A DNA stretch of 34,742 bases, taken from contig CAUQUX010000001.1 in the NCBI GenBank assembly GCA_963521235.1, positions 1 through 34,742 on the forward strand. The letters are read 5' to 3'. Below, one piece after another: positions 8,877 through 18,083 of this stretch. The notes under the pieces were generated by a model. It saw only the letters and a program-made list of their open reading frames with translations. It had not been told where the DNA came from and made no database searches. Both the position numbers and the translations under genes were made by a program. The first letter of the stretch is position 1, and the number at the start of each line of letters is the position of its first letter. The DNA is from an uncultured Veillonella sp. (lineage in GTDB: Bacteria; Bacillota; Negativicutes; Veillonellales; Veillonellaceae).

Positions 8877-10232
8877 CTATTCTACGATTACCGTCATGTA
8901 AAGTTTTTCCATCGCAACCGTAGGTTGAATATTAACATTTACAATGACATCTTCCTTGTTGTCGCCTTGCGTTGGAATTTCAATATCTTTATCATCAAAG
9001 TTTTGAATCGCTCTAACTCTTTGATATTGTTCCCCAAGATAAACAAGGTCACCCCACAACGCACGACGTCCATCTGCATCATTTTGTACTTTTCCTAAGT
9101 ATCCTTTATTGAATGTACGACCTGCATCAATCGCCCAATTGTCTAACACTCGAATACATTGATTTAATGCGAAATCTTGGTTCTTTTCTTTTGTGAACTC
9201 TGTAAATGTGTTGATATCTTTCAACACACGCACTTCACCTTGCACATTACCGCCTACTGGGTCTGATACGTTGTGAAACATGAACATGCCATCTTTAATG
9301 GCTTGCTCTAGCTCAAATTGCTTATATTTGGTATTGATTGTGAACTCACCGTCGTATCTACGGTTAGATAAAGACTCATTGATATTACAAGAAGCCTCAC
9401 TGCCAACAGTCCAATAGACTGCGGAGGTTGGGTCTTCACCCTGGTCTGTTACTGTATTTAAAATACTAATAATACCCTCGTTGTTAACGCCTTTTTTTCC
9501 GTGACATACAAGCTGACATTTTGCTCCCGTGAAATTACGCACTCGAGATGTAAAGGCAATTAATAAGTTCTTAATGGTTTCATCTGAGCCTACATAACCT
9601 AAGATGTTGAAATAGTACGGCTCTAAAAATTCAAGTCCGTCTTGATAGTTCTTGCTAGTCACAACGGAACCATTTGTACCGCCTGTGAAAGCAGTGTAAG
9701 CAGTTGCCACTAAATTAGCATTCTTCTTAAATTCAACGTAGGCGTTATCGACTAAATCAGCTGCCTTAGCAACCGCTGTTTGTTTATCCACCACCTTACG
9801 CACATCATTTGTTGTGATGTAAGTCGTTACGATGAACGCACTTGTTGCGTCTGGGTCAGACTGTACAGATACCCCAAGATCATTTCCTCGAATACCTGCG
9901 TATTTCGCCTTACCGTAGTCATTGCTTGCTTTTTCGCCATCACTATTTAAACGGTAGAACTGGCCTGTTTTTAAATGCTTAAACAAGTCACGTAAGCCTT
10001 TCATTTTAGGGTGTCCAAAGTCGTAACCAAAGTAATCTTGGCAATTCTTTTGGAATTCATCCACATCTACTCGGAATACTTCGCCACTTGGCCCCCAATC
10101 AAGAGATAACATCATAGCGCCGTATCCACGGTCAGCCACTTCTGCATATGCTCTATTTTTACTAATAAAGTTGATGTATGCCCCTGGCAACACCTTGTTG
10201 TGGAACAAGAATGTTCCTCCACCTAATGCCAT
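8877..10232 (-). CDS. Tail sheath protein, XkdK-like
   Basis: MALGGGTF...NKVLPGAYINF start; KDINTF; terminal AMEKLYMTVIV. Confidence 0.95.
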   Translation of the reverse strand: MALGGGTFLFHNKVLPGAYINFISKNRAYAEVADRGYGAMMLSLDWGPSGEVFRVDVDEFQKNCQDYFGYDFGHPKMKGLRDLFKHLKTGQFYRLNSDGEKASNDYGKAKYAGIRGNDLGVSVQSDPDATSAFIVTTYITTNDVRKVVDKQTAVAKAADLVDNAYVEFKKNANLVATAYTAFTGGTNGSVVTSKNYQDGLEFLEPYYFNILGYVGSDETIKNLLIAFTSRVRNFTGAKCQLVCHGKKGVNNEGIISILNTVTDQGEDPTSAVYWTVGSEASCNINESLSNRRYDGEFTINTKYKQFELEQAIKDGMFMFHNVSDPVGGNVQGEVRVLKDINTFTEFTKEKNQDFALNQCIRVLDNWAIDAGRTFNKGYLGKVQNDADGRRALWGDLVYLGEQYQRVRAIQNFDDKDIEIPTQGDNKEDVIVNVNIQPTVAMEKLYMTVIVE

Positions 10233-10243
10233 CCTGTACCTCC

Positions 10244-10411
10244 TTAATTAATCACTTCTACAATCGGACGATTGAACTCATTTTGTAAAATCTCGTCAAT
10301 TTCCTCATGTGTATACGTCATATCGTCATCTAATAACACGGCTAAAATATCCTTGTATCGTTTATATTTCTCCGATGCAATGATAGTGTAACCATCAAAT
10401 CGTTCATCCAT
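10244..10411 (-). CDS. Small conserved protein preceding the sheath gene
   Basis: Start moved to ATG 10411 behind RBS GAAAGGAG; tightly packed in the operon. Confidence 0.7.
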   Translation of the reverse strand: MDERFDGYTIIASEKYKRYKDILAVLLDDDMTYTHEEIDEILQNEFNRPIVEVIN

Positions 10412-10844
10412 TCTTTGAACTCCTTTCATTTACATGTAAGCGCTCCATTGCTGGAACTCGTTTACTTTCTTTGTAAAGCAGCATTTCATAAGTCACATCA
10501 AAGTGAAGTATTCCATCACTTTCACGGTAGCTCATATTCTCACCACGTGTGATACGGTCGCCTACCCTCACATATTCCAATACGTCGTAAAGTTGTTCAC
10601 CTATTTGCAGTAGGTCCTTGCGGTAATCAACTGGAATACTTTCAGCATTTAGAAAATACTTAACAGAATAATCAAGCTTACGATCGTACAGCTTGCCTAC
10701 GTGCAAATCGTGATTAGAAGTTGCTGCCTCCACAAAAAAACAAGGAAATTTTGTCTTATTTTCTTTCTCCTCCACATACACTGGCACTTTGAATGTGTCA
10801 TATAATGCTTTAGCAATGCCCTCTGTTAACTGAATATCAACCAT
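10404..10844 (-). CDS. Putative tail terminator/completion protein
   Basis: FPCFFV and DGILHFDVTY motifs; position between neck and sheath genes. Confidence 0.75.
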   Translation of the reverse strand: MVDIQLTEGIAKALYDTFKVPVYVEEKENKTKFPCFFVEAATSNHDLHVGKLYDRKLDYSVKYFLNAESIPVDYRKDLLQIGEQLYDVLEYVRVGDRITRGENMSYRESDGILHFDVTYEMLLYKESKRVPAMERLHVNERSSKNG

Positions 10845-11403
10845 TGTTTAACACGCTCCTTAGCCATGCATTAAATGCGCTATTCATGATGTTATTGGCA
10901 TTACTATCAACAATATTCTTTGCCTCTTTTGTTATGTTGAGTCCAGGAACCCATGACTTCTTCAATCTTCCGCCTTTAACCTGTCCACTTTGCCATCCAT
11001 CGCCAATGAATGGTAGAAATTGCCCTACCTTTTGGCGGTGGCCATCATCCACATAAGATGCATATGTTGAAGTGTTGTAGACCTTCACACTAACAGTGAG
11101 ATTAGAGTTACCACTCTTTACACTTGCCGCATCCATAAACCAACTTTTACGCATATTTTGCGTATTAAAATAATGCGTTTTAAAGATAGGATTTCCGTTG
11201 GCATCGTGCCCCTCTAATATTTGAATACTCCGAGGTCCTACTGGCGTTTTCTTCTTTGCTTCACGCAAATACACAGCGCCCATTTTATTGACAATAGCGC
11301 TCATGGCACCTTCAAGGTTTCCAGGTTGAGCTAATGTTTGTAAGTTTTTTTGAAGGTTCTTAATTCCACTGAAATCAAAATCTAAATCTAAATCCGCCAT
11401 CAT
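10837..11403 (-). CDS. HK97 gp10-like neck/tail completion protein
   Basis: KKKTPV...MRKSW...VYNTSTYASYVDDGHRQ...WVPG. Confidence 0.85.
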   Translation of the reverse strand: MMADLDLDFDFSGIKNLQKNLQTLAQPGNLEGAMSAIVNKMGAVYLREAKKKTPVGPRSIQILEGHDANGNPIFKTHYFNTQNMRKSWFMDAASVKSGNSNLTVSVKVYNTSTYASYVDDGHRQKVGQFLPFIGDGWQSGQVKGGRLKKSWVPGLNITKEAKNIVDSNANNIMNSAFNAWLRSVLNNG

Positions 11404-11774
11404 CGCACCTCCAAATTCTCAAGTTGAATCTCTTGATGTGAATCGTACACATTAGGCATCGAGCTAGACTTTGCATAAAACTCTCTCTGACGTCCTACAA
11501 TGTGCATGCGTGCTCCTTTAGGCACAATCACATTAGGCGCCAGGAATAACGTTGTTTTTTGGGCGAATTTTGGCATGCCATCAGCTTGTGATGTGGTAGA
11601 GGATTTAAAAGAGACCCTACACGGATAGGGTCCCTCTTCTATCGTTCGATTGATACTAGTAATTCCCGTAGTTTCATCAACGGTATCCTCTTCGGTGTAA
11701 ATAGTCACCATGCAATCATACATTCGCTCTAACTGCTTACGGTAAGCGCTCACCATCTGATTCGTCGGTAACAT
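11400..11774 (-). CDS. Putative head-closure (stopper) protein
   Basis: PCRVS, LFLAP...VPKG, YDSHQEI; position. Confidence 0.75.
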   Translation of the reverse strand: MLPTNQMVSAYRKQLERMYDCMVTIYTEEDTVDETTGITSINRTIEEGPYPCRVSFKSSTTSQADGMPKFAQKTTLFLAPNVIVPKGARMHIVGRQREFYAKSSSMPNVYDSHQEIQLENLEVR

Positions 11775-12148
11775 GCCAGTAACCTCCTATCTTCTTGAGT
11801 GAGTTCACCAATTAGCGCACGCAATCGGTCTTCATCTGTGGTGCCACCTAGGTCAATTGACGTGTCACCCATGCGAATGGATTTAGCAACCTGCGCACCA
11901 TCACTGCCTAAAATCTCCTTGGCGTTCAAGTGAATGAACGTGCCACAAGCTCGACGTACAATGTACGTTTCAAGCTCTGTCGGGAGCTCTGCGTGGTTGA
12001 TATCAGCTAGCGCCTTATCCAGTTCGCTTTGAAGGATGTACTCAATCATTTGTGTTTCGATGGCAACAAACTTTGTTGAACCTTCAATAAACTCAACCGC
12101 CTTAGGAATCAGCGCTTGCGCCTTCTTCTGCTCCTGTATCTCCATCAT
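11750..12148 (-). CDS. Head-tail connector (gp15/gp6-like adaptor)
   Basis: ELPTELE, KSIRMGDTSI, terminal YRRIRW; follows the capsid gene. Confidence 0.8.
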   Translation of the reverse strand: MMEIQEQKKAQALIPKAVEFIEGSTKFVAIETQMIEYILQSELDKALADINHAELPTELETYIVRRACGTFIHLNAKEILGSDGAQVAKSIRMGDTSIDLGGTTDEDRLRALIGELTQEDRRLLACYRRIRW

Positions 12149-12287
12149 CTTTCACCGCCTTCTTGCCTTTTGGCGTATCCTCGGTTTCTTCTACCTCTAC
12201 AGTTTCCACCTCAGCGCTTGCGCCTTCTTCTGCTCCTGTGTCAACTTCCGTTTCAGGATGTAAATATTGTTGTAACAACATTCCCAT
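12102..12287 (-). CDS. Small acidic low-complexity protein after the capsid gene
   Basis: RBS AGGAGG before ATG 12287; contains DTGAEEGASA twice. Confidence 0.7.
   Translation of the reverse strand: MGMLLQQYLHPETEVDTGAEEGASAEVETVEVEETEDTPKGKKAVKDDGDTGAEEGASADS
12109..12239. repeat. 29-bp perfect direct repeat (12109-12137, 12211-12239)
   Basis: TCAGCGCTTGCGCCTTCTTCTGCTCCTGT twice, 102 bp apart. Confidence 0.95.
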
Positions 12288-12298
12288 ATGTGTACCTC

Positions 12299-13150
12299 CT
12301 AGGCTTTAAACGTCATCTTTAACACACGTGCTGGGTTAGTCAATGCTACACCATAGTGTTCGTCAGCTGTGATGACTGTCATTTTGCCAACAATGTCACG
12401 ATCAGATTCTACTTGTACGTTTCGTTTCAAGTACAAGGATACTGCTGGTAATGTTGGTGTGCCCTCACCGCTGTTAGGTGCCATTTGCACCATGAAGTTA
12501 GTGAAGTTAGCACCCTCTTTTGGCACTCGGCGAGATACCACAACTTCAACGCCACAAATAGAACCGATAGCGCCTGTCATCATCAAGTCACCGCCGTATT
12601 TGTTTTTGTCGATGAAATCAGCAGATTTACGAATTTGAGTTAATTGCTCAGGGTGAATGAACAACACCTTAGGCACGTCGGATTCCTCTGCAAATTTGTC
12701 AACCCCATTTACAACGCCCTCATAAGAGATTTGATTTGCGGATGTTACTTCTAATGTTGTTGTTTTCAACGTCGCAATCACGTCATCTTCAATTTTGTCA
12801 GCAATAGACATCCCTAATTGTCGAACCGCTTCGCCAATTGGGTCACCGTAACCAGATAACACCGCTTCATCTGTGATTTTTACTCCGATACCAGCTTTTT
12901 TGATTGTGAATTTTTTGGATGTAGTTGTTAATTGATTAAGGTCAATCGCTGCGCCTTCTGCAACATCCTTTGCGGAGCCAATGTAATCATATGCTGGTAC
13001 TGTTACAGTGTTACCAGGTTGGCCCTCAAGTGTTGTATCGACCGCTAAAATGTTTGCGAATTTAATCGCCTTTGGTAAGTTAGCAGAAATCATATGCCCC
13101 ATAACTTCTGGATTAATTAATTGTGCAATTTTAGTTGTACCTTGTGGCAT
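12299..13150 (-). CDS. Major capsid protein (N4-gp56 family, HK97 fold)
   Basis: INPEVM, TLEGQPGNTVTVP.Y.YIG.A, ITDEAVLSGYGDP, VESDRDI motifs. Confidence 0.95.
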   Translation of the reverse strand: MPQGTTKIAQLINPEVMGHMISANLPKAIKFANILAVDTTLEGQPGNTVTVPAYDYIGSAKDVAEGAAIDLNQLTTTSKKFTIKKAGIGVKITDEAVLSGYGDPIGEAVRQLGMSIADKIEDDVIATLKTTTLEVTSANQISYEGVVNGVDKFAEESDVPKVLFIHPEQLTQIRKSADFIDKNKYGGDLMMTGAIGSICGVEVVVSRRVPKEGANFTNFMVQMAPNSGEGTPTLPAVSLYLKRNVQVESDRDIVGKMTVITADEHYGVALTNPARVLKMTFKA

Positions 13151-13761
13151 TATTCGTTACCTCCATTAATAAATTCTGAATAAGCATCTGGATTTTCTTC
13201 TTGGAACTGTACTCGCTCCAAGTAAGACATTTTGTTGAACTGTTCTTGAGTAATCCCTGTGGAGCCTTGGCCACCATGTGGTTCACCTGGTGTGACTCCA
13301 GTCGGTTTACTGTCAGATTCAAATAAATAAGGATCAGATTCCTTCAACTTAGTCAGTTGGTCATCTAATCCTTTAATAGTGCCGTCTTTGAGTTTTACGT
13401 CTTCTAAATCGAGTAAAGCTCGAACGGCTTTTCCATTTTTCGCCTTGAAAGTCATTAGTGTACGTTCTACGATGCCGTCTACCTCCATCTTGTGAATTTG
13501 AGCCGTGTACTCTTCATCCCGTTTGACTTGAGCAGCTTTCATTTCATCAATTTGTTTGGCTAATTCTGCATTATCTGCATTGGTCTTTTTTAATGCCTCC
13601 ATATCAGACTGCATCGTAGATAATGATTCCTTGGCTTGCTTTAGTTCTTCATTCTTTTGATTAAACTGAACCTTTGTAACGTAGTTTTTACCGTAATCTT
13701 CTGCTACTTTTTCAGTTTGTTCGTCAGTAAGGCCTAAAGCCTTTAGCTCTTCTTTTGTCAT
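13150..13761 (-). CDS. Capsid scaffolding protein (Phage_GP20-like)
   Basis: MTKEELKALGL, coiled coil, GLDDQL..LKESDPYLF, MSYLER. Confidence 0.92.
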   Translation of the reverse strand: MTKEELKALGLTDEQTEKVAEDYGKNYVTKVQFNQKNEELKQAKESLSTMQSDMEALKKTNADNAELAKQIDEMKAAQVKRDEEYTAQIHKMEVDGIVERTLMTFKAKNGKAVRALLDLEDVKLKDGTIKGLDDQLTKLKESDPYLFESDSKPTGVTPGEPHGGQGSTGITQEQFNKMSYLERVQFQEENPDAYSEFINGGNE

Positions 13762-13863
13762 CGTTGTGACTCCTTTCTAATTCACGATTCGCTTGTTTTT
13801 CGTCAGCCACACCTGACGTTTTCTGTCTTTTGTTTTTCGCCTAAAATACTAAAACGGCAATAT

Positions 13864-13894
13864 AAAAGCACCCGTAGGCATTGCCTAGAGTGCT
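13864..13894 (-). terminator. Putative intrinsic terminator
   Basis: Minus strand AGCACTCTAGGC-AAT-GCCTACGGGTGCT followed by TTTAT (short U-tract). Confidence 0.55.
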
Positions 13895-13895
13895 A

Positions 13896-13991
13896 TTACT
13901 TTTGATTGTTATTAATGTGATACAGTGCAAATCCAAGGTATATTACGCATAGCACTTGGATTATTTGTAAAATCGTGATGAAATCACACAT
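13896..13991 (-). CDS. 31-aa single-pass membrane peptide (below the ORF-track cutoff)
   Basis: RBS GAGGTG; MCDFITILQIIQVLCVIYLGFALYHINNNQK. Confidence 0.6.
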   Translation of the reverse strand: MCDFITILQIIQVLCVIYLGFALYHINNNQK

Positions 13992-14001
13992 TGAACTCAC
14001 C

Positions 14002-15048
14002 TCATTTCACATATTTCGAGTACCATTCATCGTACTTCAATTCACCATCTACTTGCTCGCTTTTGCCTTTACCGCCTTCGCCACGACTTGCCCTTGTTTC
14101 CCCTTTGATTTCTAAATCATCAAAGTAAGGAATTGTTGTAGTTCTGCAATGGCAATGGAATGGCGGAATCGTTACACCTGGCTTAGCATCCTTGACTGGT
14201 ACTATCTTTCCATCCATACGCTTACATATCTTCGAGGTCTTGCGGTCAAGCGTTGCTAGTATCTCTAACTTTTCCACGCCAATATCATTCATATTATTGG
14301 TGAAAGCCTCTTCATACATCCTAGCCGTTTCCGTTTCTACCAACCGCCTTGCGTTCGATTGTGAAACGTTCATCCGTGTAGCAAGACTCTGCGTCATCTT
14401 CGCCATGCCATCACCAGCTAGCACCGATTGAACGAAATCATTTTGAATGGTCTGAACTAGCTTTGTACGATCATCCCATATACGGCTACTAAAATCCTTG
14501 CCATCTGGTGCCCATGGTTTCTTTATGACCACATCCACAACGTGGTCAGATACCTTAGGCACGATGTTATATTCACCTAGTACCGTTTGCGTAAGGTAAG
14601 CCGTCTTGTAAGTGGTTGTTTCGTATGTATCCCTAAGTAATTGGCTTAGGCTATCATCTTCTGCCTTAGATAAGCGTTCAATCTCATGTACAACACTAAT
14701 GTAAAGTGCTTGCGTTCTATCCAATCGAGCACGTATAGATGCATTTTCAAGCATACGTTGATGCTCCTTGGATAAATCTTCTCGCTTGGCTTGGTCGATG
14801 TATTCCTCAAGTGTCATCTTGAAGTCAGCTAGCTCTCTTTTATTGAGCTGTTTCCTTGCTTCTTCTAGGGTGATACCGTTTTCTGTGGCGTACCGTTTGT
14901 ACCAATCCTCTATCTCTACCGTTAAGCGCCTAAGTGCCCTATCAAAGTTCATAGATAGTTCATCAACTGTCATCTCTGCGCCATGCATGGCTTCATCTTT
15001 TAATGATTCGTAACGCTTCGCCCAATATTCTTTACTCTGTTGGTTCAT
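14002..15048 (-). CDS. Minor capsid protein (SPP1 gp7/MuF), short form
   Basis: YWAKR start, ARRLVETE, ATLDRKTS.IC, PPFHCHCRTT; likely start ATG 15048. Confidence 0.93.
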   Translation of the reverse strand: MNQQSKEYWAKRYESLKDEAMHGAEMTVDELSMNFDRALRRLTVEIEDWYKRYATENGITLEEARKQLNKRELADFKMTLEEYIDQAKREDLSKEHQRMLENASIRARLDRTQALYISVVHEIERLSKAEDDSLSQLLRDTYETTTYKTAYLTQTVLGEYNIVPKVSDHVVDVVIKKPWAPDGKDFSSRIWDDRTKLVQTIQNDFVQSVLAGDGMAKMTQSLATRMNVSQSNARRLVETETARMYEEAFTNNMNDIGVEKLEILATLDRKTSKICKRMDGKIVPVKDAKPGVTIPPFHCHCRTTTIPYFDDLEIKGETRASRGEGGKGKSEQVDGELKYDEWYSKYVK

Positions 15049-16468
15049 CTCCACCACCTACGATGTAATCCTGTAGCGCCATCTCTTGCATCATCTGTAA
15101 TCGTTCTTGCTGCAATCGCTCCAGTTCGTCCGCCGTGTTAGTCGTCCATGGATGGTTGGCCACAATCGTTTCATTAGATAGAATGCCAATACTCGATTTA
15201 CAGTTGTTGATTACCTCGCCCTCATTGACTGGGGTCATACGATTGAAGATGAACTCTACATCCTTAGGGGCTGTTGCGTTACTCAATCCACGGTATGCGT
15301 GATAGAACTCCACCAATTGCTCCAATGTGGCTTGAAATTCCACCTCAATTTGGTTCGCATCGAGGTCAATATCACTGTACATGGATGAAATATTCATCTG
15401 ATTAGGATTGTTGGCCATGCGGTCATCTTTAGCATCGAACCCTCTACCATTCTCGATAATCGAACGTTTCAAAGCTTGCGTGATGAAATCATAGTTAGTA
15501 GCGTTTACCTCTATGTTCAATGTTTCGATACCGCCATCATCTCTGACTTTCACCGCACCAAACTGTGCTAATTTCTTTCTAAATTCAGCTAAGTCCGTTC
15601 CGTCATAGTTCCGTAACACTAGCAAGGTTTCCCTAGGGTCTTCTTGCATTCTATCAAGAAACATCGAGTACATTTCGTTCAATGCGTCTTGCAGGCATTT
15701 CACCCGATTAATTAGTGGTTGCTCAATGGAATTTGCCTTGAATACTAATAGTGGAATGGAAGGCCAATTATATACTTTTCCTTCGTACTGAATGTAATTT
15801 GTTGTTTCCTTATCAGTATTAACCGTTAAGCCACCGTTATTGTAAATGTAATAGCTTACACCATCTGGCTTGTAGAATTCTACGTATTTAACAGTGTGAG
15901 TCTTTTCTAGCATATGGTATTGCTCCACATCGTAAAAGTAAATAAATGCATCGAGCTTACTATGCTCTTCATCGTGCCAATACGGGATGATATTCTCGGG
16001 CTTCATCCGTTTAAATAACAATTCCCCTGTTGGTGCAATGTAAGGGTGTAAGTACCCTTTACCGCCAATATAAGCGTCCTTTGCCACGTTTAATAATTGT
16101 CTATGGAACTGTTTGCCAAGTAACTCTACTAGTGCCGAATCATCCGTTTTGACCTCTAATGGATTACCAAATAGGTAGTTGACTTTTTGGTCTACTAAGT
16201 CATCAAACTTGTTATCCACTAGTTGATTATTAGGAAGATTTAACGGAATCTCATTATTATCGCTATTGGCAATAGCCGTATTCTCAATGGCCATTGTTCG
16301 CTTTTTCTGCTTAATATCATGGTCGCCCTCATAGTATTTGCGACCAGTAACGATGTTTTTACGTTCTTTAGAGTTCATGAATCGCTGTAATTCACGGCGT
16401 ACAAACTCTTTATCGCTAATACCTGCATTGCCTTTTATGATGGCATCCCATAATTGTCCTAAGTCCAC
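15032..16468 (-). CDS. Portal protein, SPP1 gp6-like
   Basis: YYEGDHDI, LVDQKVNYLFGNP, SNETIVANHPW; start GTG 16468 behind GGAGGTG. Confidence 0.94.
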   Translation of the reverse strand: MDLGQLWDAIIKGNAGISDKEFVRRELQRFMNSKERKNIVTGRKYYEGDHDIKQKKRTMAIENTAIANSDNNEIPLNLPNNQLVDNKFDDLVDQKVNYLFGNPLEVKTDDSALVELLGKQFHRQLLNVAKDAYIGGKGYLHPYIAPTGELLFKRMKPENIIPYWHDEEHSKLDAFIYFYDVEQYHMLEKTHTVKYVEFYKPDGVSYYIYNNGGLTVNTDKETTNYIQYEGKVYNWPSIPLLVFKANSIEQPLINRVKCLQDALNEMYSMFLDRMQEDPRETLLVLRNYDGTDLAEFRKKLAQFGAVKVRDDGGIETLNIEVNATNYDFITQALKRSIIENGRGFDAKDDRMANNPNQMNISSMYSDIDLDANQIEVEFQATLEQLVEFYHAYRGLSNATAPKDVEFIFNRMTPVNEGEVINNCKSSIGILSNETIVANHPWTTNTADELERLQQERLQMMQEMALQDYIVGGGDEPTE

Positions 16469-16479
16469 TTTATCACCTC

Positions 16480-18063
16480 CTACCAACTGAATTTATTCGC
16501 ATCCATCTCACTACGTAACGAATACCGCACCGAATCAATCGTATGATCGTTACGCTTAGGATAGGCACTAATGAAATTGCCGTGCTTATCCTGGTCGTAT
16601 TCGTACATCGTAAATTCTCTGTATGCGTTCGGACATCTGTTTTTGTCAATGTAAATCTTATAACGGTCTGATAGCCACTTGATACTAAATTCACGACTAT
16701 CTGGGCCTTTCTTAACTCCATAAATACGCAAGCCCATATCAGCAAGCTCTGCTATGGATTTTGGTTCAGCATTATCAGCCCATACTACACTCGTTCCGAC
16801 TTTGTCTTTGATTTTCTCGTACGCCATCGAGTTTTTGAGTCGTGTACTGTATACTTCATCGTAAATGTAAATGCAATCGTGCTTGATGTCATAGTGTAAT
16901 TTGGTATACACAAACGGGTCTTGCGCAAAACCAAAGTCGATGCCGTGATAGTTGTTGTCAAAGTTCTCTATCATTTCATCGGTTATGGTCATTTCCTCCA
17001 CATTGGCGAATACGTCACCGCCTGTGCCTGTGGCAATCCCCATGTACTCATGCTCGTATAGGTCGGGTCTCTGCTCTTTCAGCTTTTCCGCCTCAATAAT
17101 GAATTGATCACCTAACCAATCGCTTGGAACCATCGTGTAATTGCTGTGACTAATGAGCCTGTCGGGGTAATCTGTCAACTGCTCCACGTTCACCCAATTG
17201 TCACGGCTCTTCGGGGGATTGAATGAGTAAAAGCACCAATATTTGTCACCGCCACGTAGTAGCGACTGATTGATTGAACGAATCTCATCCATGCCACTGA
17301 ATTGGTCTAATTCCTCGTACCAAACGCAACCGACATAACCGAATGGCATTTTGAGTGATTTGATTTTTGAACGGTCGTCCGCTCCTAAGAATAGGATTTT
17401 CTGCCCTGTTCGTTTATAGATTATCTCAAGCGGTGATTTCTTGAACTCGAACTCTTGCAATAATTCCAATTGTTCGAGCGACCACTCGATTTGAGCATAT
17501 ACCGAGTTCTTGAGGGTGTTCGCCACCTTCCGCAAGATAACCACATTCACGTCTGGGTTGCTAATGATTAGCTGTGGAATCTTCATGCTAATAAACGATG
17601 ATTTCGTACTACCACGACCGCCTTTAAACCAGTAATGCGTATGGCCGTGGCGCTTGATGTCACCACTAACAGAATCAAAGAACGGAATAATTTTATCCGT
17701 GTCATCTGGCACCACAATAGGCGCCTCCACGACTTGCTCCATCTCTTCATGCGATAGGGAATATAGGAACTCCGCAGCTTTAGTGTCGCCTTTAGTCGCC
17801 TTGACCACCTGTGCTAATATCACCGCTGTTTGCGTATCGATATTCTGCCCTTTTGCCTCGGCTAATGACGTGATTTTATCCTTAACCTTGCCCTTTTGTA
17901 GCGGCATTGCCATTATCTCTTTGGCAAGGTCTTTCCATTTCTTCATTTCACGTCTTTTGGCGCCCGAATTCTTGCCACCTTTTGATGACATTGCAGCATG
18001 TGTCTTTTTATCTAAGGTATTTGTGCTTTTGAGGGTTTCAGGATGCCCTCTAGGATTGGCCAC
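16480..18063 (-). CDS. terL: Terminase large subunit (PBSX family) with an N-terminal small-subunit-like extension
   Basis: Walker A GGRGSTKS, Walker B VWYEE, SFNPP, GIDFGF..DP, WADNAEPKSI, DHTIDSVRY. Confidence 0.95.
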   Translation of the reverse strand: MANPRGHPETLKSTNTLDKKTHAAMSSKGGKNSGAKRREMKKWKDLAKEIMAMPLQKGKVKDKITSLAEAKGQNIDTQTAVILAQVVKATKGDTKAAEFLYSLSHEEMEQVVEAPIVVPDDTDKIIPFFDSVSGDIKRHGHTHYWFKGGRGSTKSSFISMKIPQLIISNPDVNVVILRKVANTLKNSVYAQIEWSLEQLELLQEFEFKKSPLEIIYKRTGQKILFLGADDRSKIKSLKMPFGYVGCVWYEELDQFSGMDEIRSINQSLLRGGDKYWCFYSFNPPKSRDNWVNVEQLTDYPDRLISHSNYTMVPSDWLGDQFIIEAEKLKEQRPDLYEHEYMGIATGTGGDVFANVEEMTITDEMIENFDNNYHGIDFGFAQDPFVYTKLHYDIKHDCIYIYDEVYSTRLKNSMAYEKIKDKVGTSVVWADNAEPKSIAELADMGLRIYGVKKGPDSREFSIKWLSDRYKIYIDKNRCPNAYREFTMYEYDQDKHGNFISAYPKRNDHTIDSVRYSLRSEMDANKFSW

Positions 18064-18083
18064 CTGTTACCCCCTCCTTCTTC

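Noticed and set aside
12299..12312. TTTAAAG near the capsid stop as a frameshift site for a capsid extension
   Set aside because: The heptamer is not in the X XXY YYZ phase of the capsid frame, and the next ORF has its own RBS
14002..15048. MuF protein as a polymorphic toxin carrier
   Set aside because: The protein ends about 45 residues after the PPFHxxCR motif, with no toxin extension
17600..17630. A third GGRG motif, in the terminase
   Set aside because: It is the canonical terminase Walker A (GGRGSTKS), not a tag
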